Below, in pieces: positions 28,310 through 37,007 of a stretch of DNA of 64,000 nucleotides. The notes below the pieces were generated by a model, which was not told the DNA's origin, ran no database searches, and saw only the letters and a list, made by a program, of their open reading frames with translations. The DNA comes from Chloroflexota bacterium (GTDB lineage: Bacteria > Chloroflexota > Limnocylindria > P2-11E). Position 1 is the first letter of the stretch, and the number at the start of each line of letters is the position of its first letter. The translations under genes and the position numbers were made by a program. The DNA is taken from contig VBFY01000068.1 of assembly GCA_005889405.1 (NCBI GenBank), positions 440-64,439 on the forward strand, read 5' to 3'.

Positions 28310-29313
28310 GCGCGCCGCTGCGCATCGATGTGCTCACGCTCTTCCCGCGCATGTTCGACAGCCCGTTCGCGGAGAGCATCGTCGCGCGTGCTCGGCAGGC
28401 GGGTCGCCTCGAGCTGGCGCTCCACGACATCCGCGCGCACGCGACGGACAAGCATCGCGCCGCCGACGATGCGCCGTATGGCGGCGGCGCCGGAATGGTA
28501 CTGAGGCCAGAGCCCCTGACGCGCGCGATCCGCGCCGCGCGCGGGACCACCGGGCACGTCGTGCTGCTCTCCGCACAGGGCCGGCTGTTCGATCAGGCCG
28601 CGGCACGGCGTCTCGCGGCGCTGCGGCACCTGGTACTGGTCTGCGGTCACTACGAGGGCGTTGACGAGCGCGTCGTGGAGTCCGACGTCGATGAGGAGCT
28701 CTCGATCGGCGACTACGTGCTCACCGGCGGTGAGCTCGCGGCAATGGTCGTGATCGACGCGGTGACGCGACTCGTTCCGGAGGTCATCGACGCGGAGTCA
28801 CTCGCCGACGAATCGCACACCGATGGACTGCTGGAGGGACCGCAGTACACGCGCCCACCGGAATTCGAAGGCCGAAAGGTGCCGCCTGTCCTCGTGTCGG
28901 GCGACCACGGGGCGATCGCGAAATGGCGCCGAGCCGAGTCGATCCGTCGCACCGCGGAGCGACGCCCGGATCTTCTCGACCGCGCGAAGCTGAGCCCGGC
29001 CGAGCGCGCACGGCTCTCGCGCACGCCTGCGCGGAAGGCGACCGTCAACGACGCAGATCTCATCGAGGCCTATCGCTCGGGCGTGGGGTCGTATCGCATC
29101 GCCGCCCGGTTCGGGATCTCGCCGGCGACGGTGCGCGTGCGTCTTCGAGCCGCCGGCGTCCGCCTTCGCGCGCCACGCAGCGTGGAGCGCAGCCCGACCG
29201 TCACCGAGGTCACGCGCCTGCGCGCGACAGGGCTCACGGTGCGACAGCTCGCGGTCCACTTCGGCGTGTCGCACGTGACGATCCTCGACCGGATGAAGAA
29301 GGCCAAACGCTAG
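28306..29313 (+). CDS. trmD: tRNA (guanine-N1) methyltransferase fused to a C-terminal tandem HTH region
   Basis: [55 protein letters not shown]; then about 90 extra aa with two HTH units. Confidence 0.93.
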   Translation: MSAPLRIDVLTLFPRMFDSPFAESIVARARQAGRLELALHDIRAHATDKHRAADDAPYGGGAGMVLRPEPLTRAIRAARGTTGHVVLLSAQGRLFDQAAARRLAALRHLVLVCGHYEGVDERVVESDVDEELSIGDYVLTGGELAAMVVIDAVTRLVPEVIDAESLADESHTDGLLEGPQYTRPPEFEGRKVPPVLVSGDHGAIAKWRRAESIRRTAERRPDLLDRAKLSPAERARLSRTPARKATVNDADLIEAYRSGVGSYRIAARFGISPATVRVRLRAAGVRLRAPRSVERSPTVTEVTRLRATGLTVRQLAVHFGVSHVTILDRMKKAKR

Positions 29314-29359
29314 TTTTCTGTTAGAGTTGGGTGACTCCGTGACAGTTATCACCATGCCA

Positions 29360-29707
29360 ATGAACGACGTCTTGAAGACGCTTGCCTCCGAGCAGCAAAA
29401 GGCCGAGGTCCCCGAGGTCCGGCCTGGCGACACCGTGGCCGTCAGCGTCCGGGTCGTCGAGGGGAACCGCGAACGCCTTCAGAAGTTCGAGGGCACGGTC
29501 CTTCGCGTTCGTAACGGCGGGCTCGACCACCAGATCACCGTTCGCCGGATCGCCAGCGGCGTCGGTGTCGAGCGGACCTTTCTCGTCCATTCGCCGCGCG
29601 TCGAGAAGATCGAGCTGCTGCGTCACGGACATGCACGGCGCGCGGCCCTGTACTTCCTCCGCGAGCGGGTCGGCAAGGCCGCGACGATCCGCGAGAAGCG
29701 CCGCTAA
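29360..29707 (+). CDS. rplS: 50S ribosomal protein L19 (start 29354 or 29360)
   Basis: RPGDTV.V, EGNRER.Q.FEG, VRRIASGVGVERTF, RRAALYFLR; own TAGAGT -10-like box near 29321. Confidence 0.95.
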   Translation: MNDVLKTLASEQQKAEVPEVRPGDTVAVSVRVVEGNRERLQKFEGTVLRVRNGGLDHQITVRRIASGVGVERTFLVHSPRVEKIELLRHGHARRAALYFLRERVGKAATIREKRR

Positions 29708-29733
29708 CCACTCCCCGCGGTTAGCCTAGGAGC

Positions 29734-30384
29734 GTGCCGACGCTCCGCTTCGAGAAAGAGCTCTGGTCCAAGGGTCTCCTGCGCGTCGTCGGCGTCGACG
29801 AGGTCGGCATGGCCGCGCTTGCCGGACCGGTCGTCGCCGCTGCGTGTCTGGTCACACCCGACACGAAGCTCATCCGCCGTGTGAGAGATTCGAAGCTGCT
29901 GACGCGCGCGCAGCGTGAGGAGCTGTTCGAGCTGATCCGGTCACGCGTCGTCCGCGTCGGCATCGGCGCGGCGTCCGTTGCGGAGATCCATCGGCTGAAC
30001 ATCTACCACGCGAGCCACGTCGCGATGACGCGCGCGCTGCGGCAGATCGGCGAGTACGACTGGGTCCTCGTCGACGGCCGGCGCATCCTCGATCCGGCCT
30101 TCGCGCCGGGCCGGCACAGCGAGATCGTGAGGGGCGACACGAAGAGCTTCGCGATCGCGGCAGCGTCGATCATCGCGAAGGTGACTCGCGATCGGCTCAT
30201 GACCAGCCTCGCCCGGAAATATCCGGGCTACGGCTGGGAACACAACTGCGGCTACCCGACGATCGACCACCGCGCGGCGCTCCGTGCTCGCGGACTCACG
30301 CCCCTGCATCGTCACGACTTCGGGACGGTGAAGCTGCTCCGCGCGGTCGAGAATCAACTCGAGCTCGCGATGGCCGACGCGTGA
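29734..30384 (+). CDS. rnhB: Ribonuclease HII
   Basis: GVDEVG...AGPVVAAA, DSKLL, VDG, GD.KS..IAAASIIAKVTRD, GYPT..H. Confidence 0.92.
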   Translation: MPTLRFEKELWSKGLLRVVGVDEVGMAALAGPVVAAACLVTPDTKLIRRVRDSKLLTRAQREELFELIRSRVVRVGIGAASVAEIHRLNIYHASHVAMTRALRQIGEYDWVLVDGRRILDPAFAPGRHSEIVRGDTKSFAIAAASIIAKVTRDRLMTSLARKYPGYGWEHNCGYPTIDHRAALRARGLTPLHRHDFGTVKLLRAVENQLELAMADA

Positions 30385-30485
30385 GCGTGCAGACCGCGCG
30401 CATCCGCCCCTCGCGCACGCAGATTACCCGGGGCTTCGAGAAACAGCCCGCCTGGATCTCGTTCGAGGACCGCCTCCGGCCCTGA
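30381..30485 (+). CDS. Possible 34-aa microprotein coupled to rnhB
   Basis: GTGA overlap with the rnhB stop; 32 of 34 codons end in G/C; MSVQTARIRPSRTQITRGFEKQPAWISFEDRLRP. Confidence 0.4.
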   Translation: MSVQTARIRPSRTQITRGFEKQPAWISFEDRLRP

Positions 30486-30551
30486 CTTCGGCTTGACCAG
30501 GGGTTGACCCGCGGCATGTGCCCTCGGCACGTTGTGTGCATTTGTGCGGCC

Positions 30552-31451
30552 ATGAAGGTCCGCGCCGTGCGGCTCGACCGCTACAGGCTCCGTGTCACCA
30601 CCTGGGGCAGCGGCAGCGCGCCACACGCGATCGTGCTCCCGGGCCTTTCGGCCGACGCCCGCGCTCTCGCGCCGCAGATCCGCATGCTGCGGAGTCAGGT
30701 CGCGACGGTGCACGTCGTCGATCTCCCGGGCATGGCCCTTCCACCATCGCTCCTTGCGGCCGACGCGAGCTTCCCGCAATTGGCCGATCAGGTCGCGCAC
30801 GTTGCCAATGAGCTCGGCATCAAGCGCGCTCTGGTCGTCGGTCACTCGCTCGGCGGCGGCGTGGCCTTACACCTCGCGCTCCGCCGGCCCGAGCTCGTGG
30901 ATGGTCTGGTGCTGATCGCACCCGCCGCGCTCGGTCGCTCGCTGCACTGGATCTACAAGCTGTACTGCCTGCCGCTCATCGGCCGGGCGCTGCTGTATCC
31001 ACGGAGCTCCGGGCAGCGTGGATTCGTGCGACGCTTCCTCATCGGCAGCCTGCGTCGTGAGGACCACGCGTTCGTGAACATGCTCATCCGCCACGGGAAC
31101 AAGGCGCGTGAGCGCGCGCTCTCGTCGCGCGCGATCGTGTGGGCGAATCAGCCTTCGCTGTGGCGCAGGGTGCTCATGCTCGTCACGCCGGGTGGCGAGC
31201 AGAGCGCGTTCGCGCTCGGCGATCGTCTGAGGGAGCTGAGCGACGTTCCGACGCTCGTGCTCTGGGGCAACGAGGATCGTGTGATCTGCGCGGGAGACGC
31301 GGTGCGTTGCCGCGACTTCCATCAGGGCGCCGAGATCCACGTCGCGCGTGGCGCCGGTCACATGCTCCCGCTCGAGGCGCCGGCGTGGACGAACGGCTAC
31401 ATCGCGCGGTTTGTCGCCTCGCTCCAGCCGGCCCTGCGCGAAGCGGCTTAG
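30552..31451 (+). CDS. Alpha/beta hydrolase
   Basis: DLPG, GHSLGG nucleophile, WGNEDRVI acid, GAGHMLPLE His. Confidence 0.88.
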   Translation: MKVRAVRLDRYRLRVTTWGSGSAPHAIVLPGLSADARALAPQIRMLRSQVATVHVVDLPGMALPPSLLAADASFPQLADQVAHVANELGIKRALVVGHSLGGGVALHLALRRPELVDGLVLIAPAALGRSLHWIYKLYCLPLIGRALLYPRSSGQRGFVRRFLIGSLRREDHAFVNMLIRHGNKARERALSSRAIVWANQPSLWRRVLMLVTPGGEQSAFALGDRLRELSDVPTLVLWGNEDRVICAGDAVRCRDFHQGAEIHVARGAGHMLPLEAPAWTNGYIARFVASLQPALREAA

Positions 31452-31481
31452 CAAGTCCTGCCGACATAGCAAAAACGCGTA

Positions 31482-31562
31482 AGGCGGGCCACTTCAGTGT
31501 CTGGCCGCCTCCCTCGCTGCGCTCGGGACGGGCAGCTGAAATGGCCGTCGGGCCATTTCAGT
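31482..31562. other. Palindromic intergenic element (three hairpins; REP-like or cis-regulatory)
   Basis: AGGCGG..CCA/TGG.CCGCCT; CCCTCGCTGCGCTCGGG; perfect 11-bp CTGAAATGGCC-GTCG-GGCCATTTCAG. Confidence 0.55.
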
Positions 31563-31592
31563 AACAGCACCTTGTGTTTCTCGTTCCCCTGA

Positions 31593-33440
31593 GTGGTGCG
31601 ATCGGTGGTGGGGGCGCTCGTCATCGTGCTGGCGACACTCGCTGCGGCGGTGCCTGCGGCCGCAGTCGACGCTGGCTTTCACAGCGCGTGGGTGGGTCAG
31701 GATTCGTGGCCGACGTTCGCGCCTGGGATGACCGTCAGCTACTCGCTCCGCTTCCGCAACACCGGCACGACGACGTGGCAGCGCGGAGTCGCGGGGAAAC
31801 AGGTGAACCTCGGCGTCGTCGACGATTCGGTCGCGTTCAGCGAGATGGCCGTCGGCTGGATAAGCGCCAATCGCACCGCCACCACGGTCGAGGCGAGTGT
31901 GGCTCCGGGCGCGATCGGAACATTCACGTTCACGATCAAGTCGCCGGCGCGGCTCGGCGTCTATCAGCTGCCGCTCCGACCGGTCGCGGACGGCGTGACG
32001 TGGCTCGAGCACCAGGGCGTCTATGTACTCGTGACGAGCGACGGCGGTTATCACAGTCGGTGGCTCGGACAGACGACGGTGCCCGATCTCGCGCCGGGAG
32101 TGACGAGCGAGCCGATCACGCTCACGTTCCGCAACACCGGCGGCAAGCCGTGGGTGAGGGGCGTTCTCGGTCAGGAGGCGCGCATCGGGATCAAGAACGA
32201 CGAGCTGACCTGGGCCTCGCTCGGCGTCAGCTGGCTCAGTGGATCTCGGCCCGCGGCGCAGACCGAGGCAATGGTGGCGCCAGGCGCGGAGGCGACCTTC
32301 ACGTTCAAGGTCAAGGCGCCAACGACGCCGAGCACGTACGTCCTCGCGCTCCGGCCGGTCATCGACGGCACGGTCTGGATGGACGACGAGGGCGTCTTCG
32401 TCGCCGTCACCGTGAGCGGTGGAGCGCTGCCGCGCCTCACTGTGACGACACTGCAGTCGGGCCTGCGCATCCCATGGGACGTCGCCCCGTTGCCAGACGG
32501 CCGCATGCTCGTGAGCGAACGCGTCGGCAACCTGCTCGTGTATCAGAGCACCGCGCCCGGTGCGGCGCAGCTCGCGAACAATCCCGTCGTCGGAACGCGC
32601 GAGAACGGCGAAGGCGGTCTCATGGGCATCGCCGTCGATCCCGACTTCGCGCTGAACTCTTTCGTCTACGTCTGCGCATCGCGTGACGACGAAGGCCAGT
32701 ACCGCAATCAGGTGCTCCGGTACAAGCTCGTCGGAAACCTCATCGCCTTCGACGCCTTCGTGATCCGTCGCGGCATGGTCGCCGCCGGGAACCACAACGG
32801 TTGCCGCCTCCGCTTCGGTCCGGACCGAAAGCTCTGGGTCACCATGGGCGACGCGGGCGATCTCCGAAACGCGCAGGACCCGAACGCGCTCAACGGCAAG
32901 GTGCTGCGCGTGAACACCGACGGCACCATCCCCGCGGACAACCCGATCCTTCCGGGATCCACCGGCCGCAGCGCGATCTACACGTTGGGCAACCGCAATC
33001 CGCAGGGGCTGGCGTTCGAGCCGGGGACGGGCACGCCGTACGAGGTGGAGCACGGCGACGACACGCACGACGAGATCAACGTCCTCGTCGCCGGCGGCAA
33101 CTACGGCTATCCGCTCTTCCGCGGCCCCGTCGGTCGACCCGGCTACATCGATCCGGTGTGGTCGTCGGGCAACGTCACGCTCGCGACGTCGGGTGGCGAC
33201 TTCGTCGTCGGTCCGCAGTGGGGCGCCTGGAGCGGCTCGTTCTTCGTCGCGACCCTGAAGGAGACCGACCTCCGGCGTTTCGAGCTGTTCGCGGGGACCG
33301 CGCGCCAGACGAACATCCTCTTCGACAACACCTACGGTCGCCTGCGCAGCGTTCTGTTCGGCTCGGACGGCGCGCTGTACCTCACGACGAGCAACGGCAC
33401 GGCCGACCGCGTCCTCCGCATCACCGCCGCGCAACCGTGA
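31593..33440 (+). CDS. Secreted PQQ-dependent sugar dehydrogenase (GSDH propeller) with two N-terminal NBR1-type Ig-like domains
   Basis: Signal peptide; 124-aa repeats with FRNTG..W and VAPGA..TFTF; GEGGLMGIAVDPDF, HNGCRL.FGPD, GKVLR, G.RNPQGLAF, YGRLR. Confidence 0.85.
   Translation: MVRSVVGALVIVLATLAAAVPAAAVDAGFHSAWVGQDSWPTFAPGMTVSYSLRFRNTGTTTWQRGVAGKQVNLGVVDDSVAFSEMAVGWISANRTATTVEASVAPGAIGTFTFTIKSPARLGVYQLPLRPVADGVTWLEHQGVYVLVTSDGGYHSRWLGQTTVPDLAPGVTSEPITLTFRNTGGKPWVRGVLGQEARIGIKNDELTWASLGVSWLSGSRPAAQTEAMVAPGAEATFTFKVKAPTTPSTYVLALRPVIDGTVWMDDEGVFVAVTVSGGALPRLTVTTLQSGLRIPWDVAPLPDGRMLVSERVGNLLVYQSTAPGAAQLANNPVVGTRENGEGGLMGIAVDPDFALNSFVYVCASRDDEGQYRNQVLRYKLVGNLIAFDAFVIRRGMVAAGNHNGCRLRFGPDRKLWVTMGDAGDLRNAQDPNALNGKVLRVNTDGTIPADNPILPGSTGRSAIYTLGNRNPQGLAFEPGTGTPYEVEHGDDTHDEINVLVAGGNYGYPLFRGPVGRPGYIDPVWSSGNVTLATSGGDFVVGPQWGAWSGSFFVATLKETDLRRFELFAGTARQTNILFDNTYGRLRSVLFGSDGALYLTTSNGTADRVLRITAAQP
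31674..32417 (+). repeat. Internal tandem duplication of an Ig-like domain (period 372 nt)
   Basis: GFHSAWVGQ at 31674 and GYHSRWLGQ at 32046, with matching downstream motifs. Confidence 0.8.
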
Positions 33441-33823
33441 CGCAAGACGCTGCCGATCCCTATGGCATGGAGCCGCGGCGTGTCCTCGGGCTCGCGGGCG
33501 AGCATCTCGCGGAGCGCGAGCTCGCGCGCCGCGGGCTGCGGGTGGTCGCTCGGAACGTCCGCACCCGGTACGGCGAGATCGACCTCATCTGCCGGGACGC
33601 GTGTGGCTACGCGTTCATCGAGGTGAAGACGCGTCGCGCCGGATCGTTCGTGGCCGCCGCGGAGGCCGTCGACGCACGGAAGGCCGCGCGCCTCGCGGCG
33701 CTCGCGCAGGCCTGGCTCGCGCACCGCGGCGAGCGCGGTGCGGTCTGGCGGATCGTGATCGCGGCGCTCACCGTTGGCGCGGACGGTACGGCGGTGGAGC
33801 TCGTCGACCTCGATCGCTCCTAG
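33437..33823 (+). CDS. yraN: YraN/UPF0102 family PD-(D/E)xK protein (alternative start 33467)
   Basis: LG..GE..A...L...G..V..RNVR.RYGEIDLI, FIEVKTR. Confidence 0.88.
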   Translation: MTQDAADPYGMEPRRVLGLAGEHLAERELARRGLRVVARNVRTRYGEIDLICRDACGYAFIEVKTRRAGSFVAAAEAVDARKAARLAALAQAWLAHRGERGAVWRIVIAALTVGADGTAVELVDLDRS

Positions 33824-35304
33824 CGCACAACCTCCACCGAGAGACCGTCGATGATCACCTTGATGTTGTTCATGTTGCGCGCGACGCGCAGCTTGGCGCC
33901 GTGCGGCATCGTGATCTCCTCCCAGCCGCTGCCGCTGACACGGATCAGGTCATCCCACACCGCGATGACGGGGTCGCGGTCGCGGCACGCGTCGCCGGCG
34001 GTGTTGCATACGCGCGTGCTGAAGCTCATCTCGCGTCGTGGCAGCGCCGGGTCGTAGCTGATGAGGACGTGGTTCGTGGACAAGCGCTCGTCGTCGGAGA
34101 GGTAGTACTCGACCACGAGGCCGTCGTAGGCCGCGAGGATCGTGGCGCCGGCGAGGTCGGGCTGGTTGAGGCGCTGAATGCGTTCACCGACGCCGCGGTC
34201 GTGGCGCACGACGTCGCGGGCCGAGAGGGGGGTGTCACTCACGAGGAACACCGCGGCGTTTACAAGCGCGGCTGTCGCCACGATCCACGGTAGCGAGCGA
34301 GGCATCCGCGAACCACGCGCGAGGGCGATCGCACCGCGAGCCGCGATGACGCACAGTCCGGGGAGCATGCTGAAGATGTAGCCGTATTCGCCGACGTGGA
34401 TCGGTATGTAGATCGCGAGCGGCGCGAGCGTCCAGACCAGCACGAAGGTGACGCGCCGTCGGTCGCTCAGCTCGATCCGCCGCGCGCCGGCTGACAGTGG
34501 AACAGCGGCGAGGAGGGGCGCGAGGAAGGAGAGACCGCGGCCCAGATAGCGCGCGAGCTCGTAGCTGTTGCCATACAGCGCGCGGAGGCCGAGATCGCCG
34601 AACACGCTGTAGCGGTCGTCGACGAACTTCCCCTGCACGCGGAATGCTTCGAGCATCGCGTTCACTCCGCCGCCCTGGGCGGCGGACGCGAAGAACCATC
34701 CCATTACGAGCAGCGCTCCGAGCGCGGCGCTCGCGAGCGTCCACAGGAGTCCAGCGGCGAGCGCGGCCATGAGCCAGAGCGGAGCGAGGAAGACAGCGAG
34801 GTCGAAACGGAAGCCGATCGCGATCCCATAGGCCGCGGTCGCGAGCGCGAGACGCGGCCCGCGACCTGTGTCGGCTCGGATCGCGAGCCAGAACAGCAAG
34901 GCGCAGCCGATCGAGAGAGCGGCGAGGAGCGTGTACGGATACGCAACGCCGCCGTAGGCCCAGAACGTCACCGCGGTCAACATGAACGCGCCGCTCGCGC
35001 GCGCGGTCCGCTCGTCGTAGAGCCGCGCGGCGAAGATGTAGAGGAGCGCGATGGCGACGGCGCCGGCCACGAGGCTCACAAGGGTCATCGCGCGATTCGG
35101 ATCCCCGACGATGGCGAAGACCGCGCGGATCAGCAGGACGTAATAGAGGTAGCCGGGTGCCTGCGGCCGCTGGTCGAGCGGATCGAAGCGCTCGATCGCA
35201 CGCGCGTAAAGCACGGAGTCGTGCGCCCAGAGGAACTCGGTCTGGAACGGGACGCGTGTCAGGACACCGAGCGCGAAGAAGATCCCGGCCACCCGCCACG
35301 ACAT
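33820..35304 (-). CDS. Multi-TM GT-C fold glycosyltransferase-like protein (PMT/DUF2723-like)
   Basis: About 11 TM helices; first loop W.HDSVLYARAI..FD....PQAPGY; C-terminal external domain. Confidence 0.7.
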   Translation of the reverse strand: MSWRVAGIFFALGVLTRVPFQTEFLWAHDSVLYARAIERFDPLDQRPQAPGYLYYVLLIRAVFAIVGDPNRAMTLVSLVAGAVAIALLYIFAARLYDERTARASGAFMLTAVTFWAYGGVAYPYTLLAALSIGCALLFWLAIRADTGRGPRLALATAAYGIAIGFRFDLAVFLAPLWLMAALAAGLLWTLASAALGALLVMGWFFASAAQGGGVNAMLEAFRVQGKFVDDRYSVFGDLGLRALYGNSYELARYLGRGLSFLAPLLAAVPLSAGARRIELSDRRRVTFVLVWTLAPLAIYIPIHVGEYGYIFSMLPGLCVIAARGAIALARGSRMPRSLPWIVATAALVNAAVFLVSDTPLSARDVVRHDRGVGERIQRLNQPDLAGATILAAYDGLVVEYYLSDDERLSTNHVLISYDPALPRREMSFSTRVCNTAGDACRDRDPVIAVWDDLIRVSGSGWEEITMPHGAKLRVARNMNNIKVIIDGLSVEVVR

Positions 35305-35333
35305 TGGGCCACAGTCTGGCGGCTCGGCGCTAA

Positions 35334-35426
35334 CTGGTACCGCTGCAGTGGTTGCGCGGCGCGCGAGCTCAGCGTCGCGGCGCCGCTGTCGCTCGCGCGG
35401 AGCGCGGACCAGTACCGCGGTACCAG
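35334..35426. other. Long imperfect inverted repeat in a divergent intergenic region
   Basis: CTGGTACCGC(35334-43)/GCGGTACCAG(35417-26); nested CGCGCGAGC/GCTCGCGCG and CAGCG/CGCTG stems. Confidence 0.45.
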
Positions 35427-35474
35427 CCCGCGGTGCGCTGCCGCGAGAGGCGCGCGACGCCGAGGCTGCGCCGG

Positions 35475-37007
35475 ATGTCCGCCGCCCTCGCGCCGCACCT
35501 GGTGGCGCGCTCGGTTGCGCGCGTCGCCGCCTGCGCCCTCTGGGGACTTGAGAGCGCGATGGTCACGGTCGAGGCCGACGTCGCGAACGGGCTCCCGTCG
35601 TTCACCGTCGTTGGGATGCCCGACGCCGCCGTGTCCGAGGCGCGCGAGCGCGTCCGCGCCGCGATCCGCAACTCGGGCTTCGAATTCCCGCTGCGTCGCG
35701 TCGTGGTGAACCTCGCGCCGGCGGAGCGGCGCAAGGAGGGCACCGGCTTCGATCTCGCGATCGCCCTCGGTGTGCTGCGCGCGACCGGTCAGCTCACGCG
35801 CGACGCCGAGGCGTTGTGTCTCGCCGAGCTTGCGCTGGATGGGACGCTCCGGCCGGTGCGCGGGGTCATGGCCCGCGTGCGACGCGCGATGCTGGGCGGC
35901 GTCGCCACCGTGTTCGTCGCACGGGAGAACGCGGCCGAGGCCGCCGCGCTCGGCGCCGAGGCGTACGGCTTCGGCTCGCTGCGTGAGGTCGTCGAGCATG
36001 CCGAGGGTCGCGCGCGGCAAGCGCCCTCGGCCGCGCCCGCGCCGGCGCCGCGGCCGTCACATCCCGTGGACCTCCTGGATATCGCGGGGCACGAGACGCC
36101 AAAACGCGCGCTCGAGATCGCGGCCGCCGGCGGACACAGCCTGCTGCTCGTCGGTCCGCCCGGGACGGGCAAGACGCTCCTTGCGCGCGCGATCGCGTCG
36201 CTGCTTCCCGCTTTCGATCCCGACGATGCGATCATCGCGAGCGCGGTCCACAGCGTCGCCGGTCTGATCGATCCCGAGCGCCCGCTGCTTGGAGCGCGCC
36301 CGTTCCGCGCGCCGCACCACACCGCCTCGCACCTCGCGCTCGTCGGCGGCGGGTCGCCGCCACGGCCGGGCGAAGTTAGCCTCGCGCACGGCGGCGCACT
36401 CTTCCTCGACGAGCTCGCGGAATTCTCGCCTGCCGTCCTCGAAACACTCCGCGAACCGCTGGAGGAGGGCGCGGTCACGATCTCGCGCGCCGGGAATGCG
36501 GCCACCTACCCCGCGCGCTTCACGCTCGTCGCCGCGATGAACCCGTGTCCGTGCGGTCACGCCGGAGATCCCGCGGAGCAGTGCACGTGCCTGCCCGACG
36601 CGGTCGACCGCTATCACGCGCGCCTCTCTGGCCCGCTCCTCGACCGGATCGATCTACGCGTGCACGTTCCGCGCATCGCCTACGAGGAGCTGCGCGAAGA
36701 CGGCCGCGAGCGCTCGAGCGTGGTACGGGAGCGGGTCGTGGCGGCGCGCGAGCGCATGCGCGCGCGATTTGCCGGAACGGGGCGGCGGTGCAACGCGGAG
36801 CTCACCGTCGCGGAGGTGCGGCGCCACTGCCGTCTCGCGAGCGAGGCGGAGACGCTCGCAGCGGAGGCTGTGCGCGGTCGCCGCCTGTCCGCGCGCGGGT
36901 TCCACCGCGTGCTGCGCGTCGCGCGGACCGTCGCGGACCTCGCGGCCGCGGACGACATCCGCACCACGGATCTCGCCTTCGCGCTGCTGCTGCGCGCGCA
37001 GGCGTGA
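35475..37007 (+). CDS. comM: YifB/ComM family AAA+ ATPase (Mg-chelatase-like)
   Basis: GLP...V.EARERV.AAIRNSG, VNLAPA..RKEG..FDL, GPPGTGKT, RAPHHTAS, PGEVSLAH, NPCPCG, SGPLLDRID. Confidence 0.92.
   Translation: MSAALAPHLVARSVARVAACALWGLESAMVTVEADVANGLPSFTVVGMPDAAVSEARERVRAAIRNSGFEFPLRRVVVNLAPAERRKEGTGFDLAIALGVLRATGQLTRDAEALCLAELALDGTLRPVRGVMARVRRAMLGGVATVFVARENAAEAAALGAEAYGFGSLREVVEHAEGRARQAPSAAPAPAPRPSHPVDLLDIAGHETPKRALEIAAAGGHSLLLVGPPGTGKTLLARAIASLLPAFDPDDAIIASAVHSVAGLIDPERPLLGARPFRAPHHTASHLALVGGGSPPRPGEVSLAHGGALFLDELAEFSPAVLETLREPLEEGAVTISRAGNAATYPARFTLVAAMNPCPCGHAGDPAEQCTCLPDAVDRYHARLSGPLLDRIDLRVHVPRIAYEELREDGRERSSVVRERVVAARERMRARFAGTGRRCNAELTVAEVRRHCRLASEAETLAAEAVRGRRLSARGFHRVLRVARTVADLAAADDIRTTDLAFALLLRAQA

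Noticed and set aside
29044-29313. HTH tail of trmD as an intact insertion sequence or homing endonuclease
   Set aside because: No catalytic transposase or nuclease domain, terminal repeats or target duplication seen
30492-30509. TTGACC direct repeat upstream of the hydrolase
   Set aside because: Too short to distinguish from a -35 element or chance
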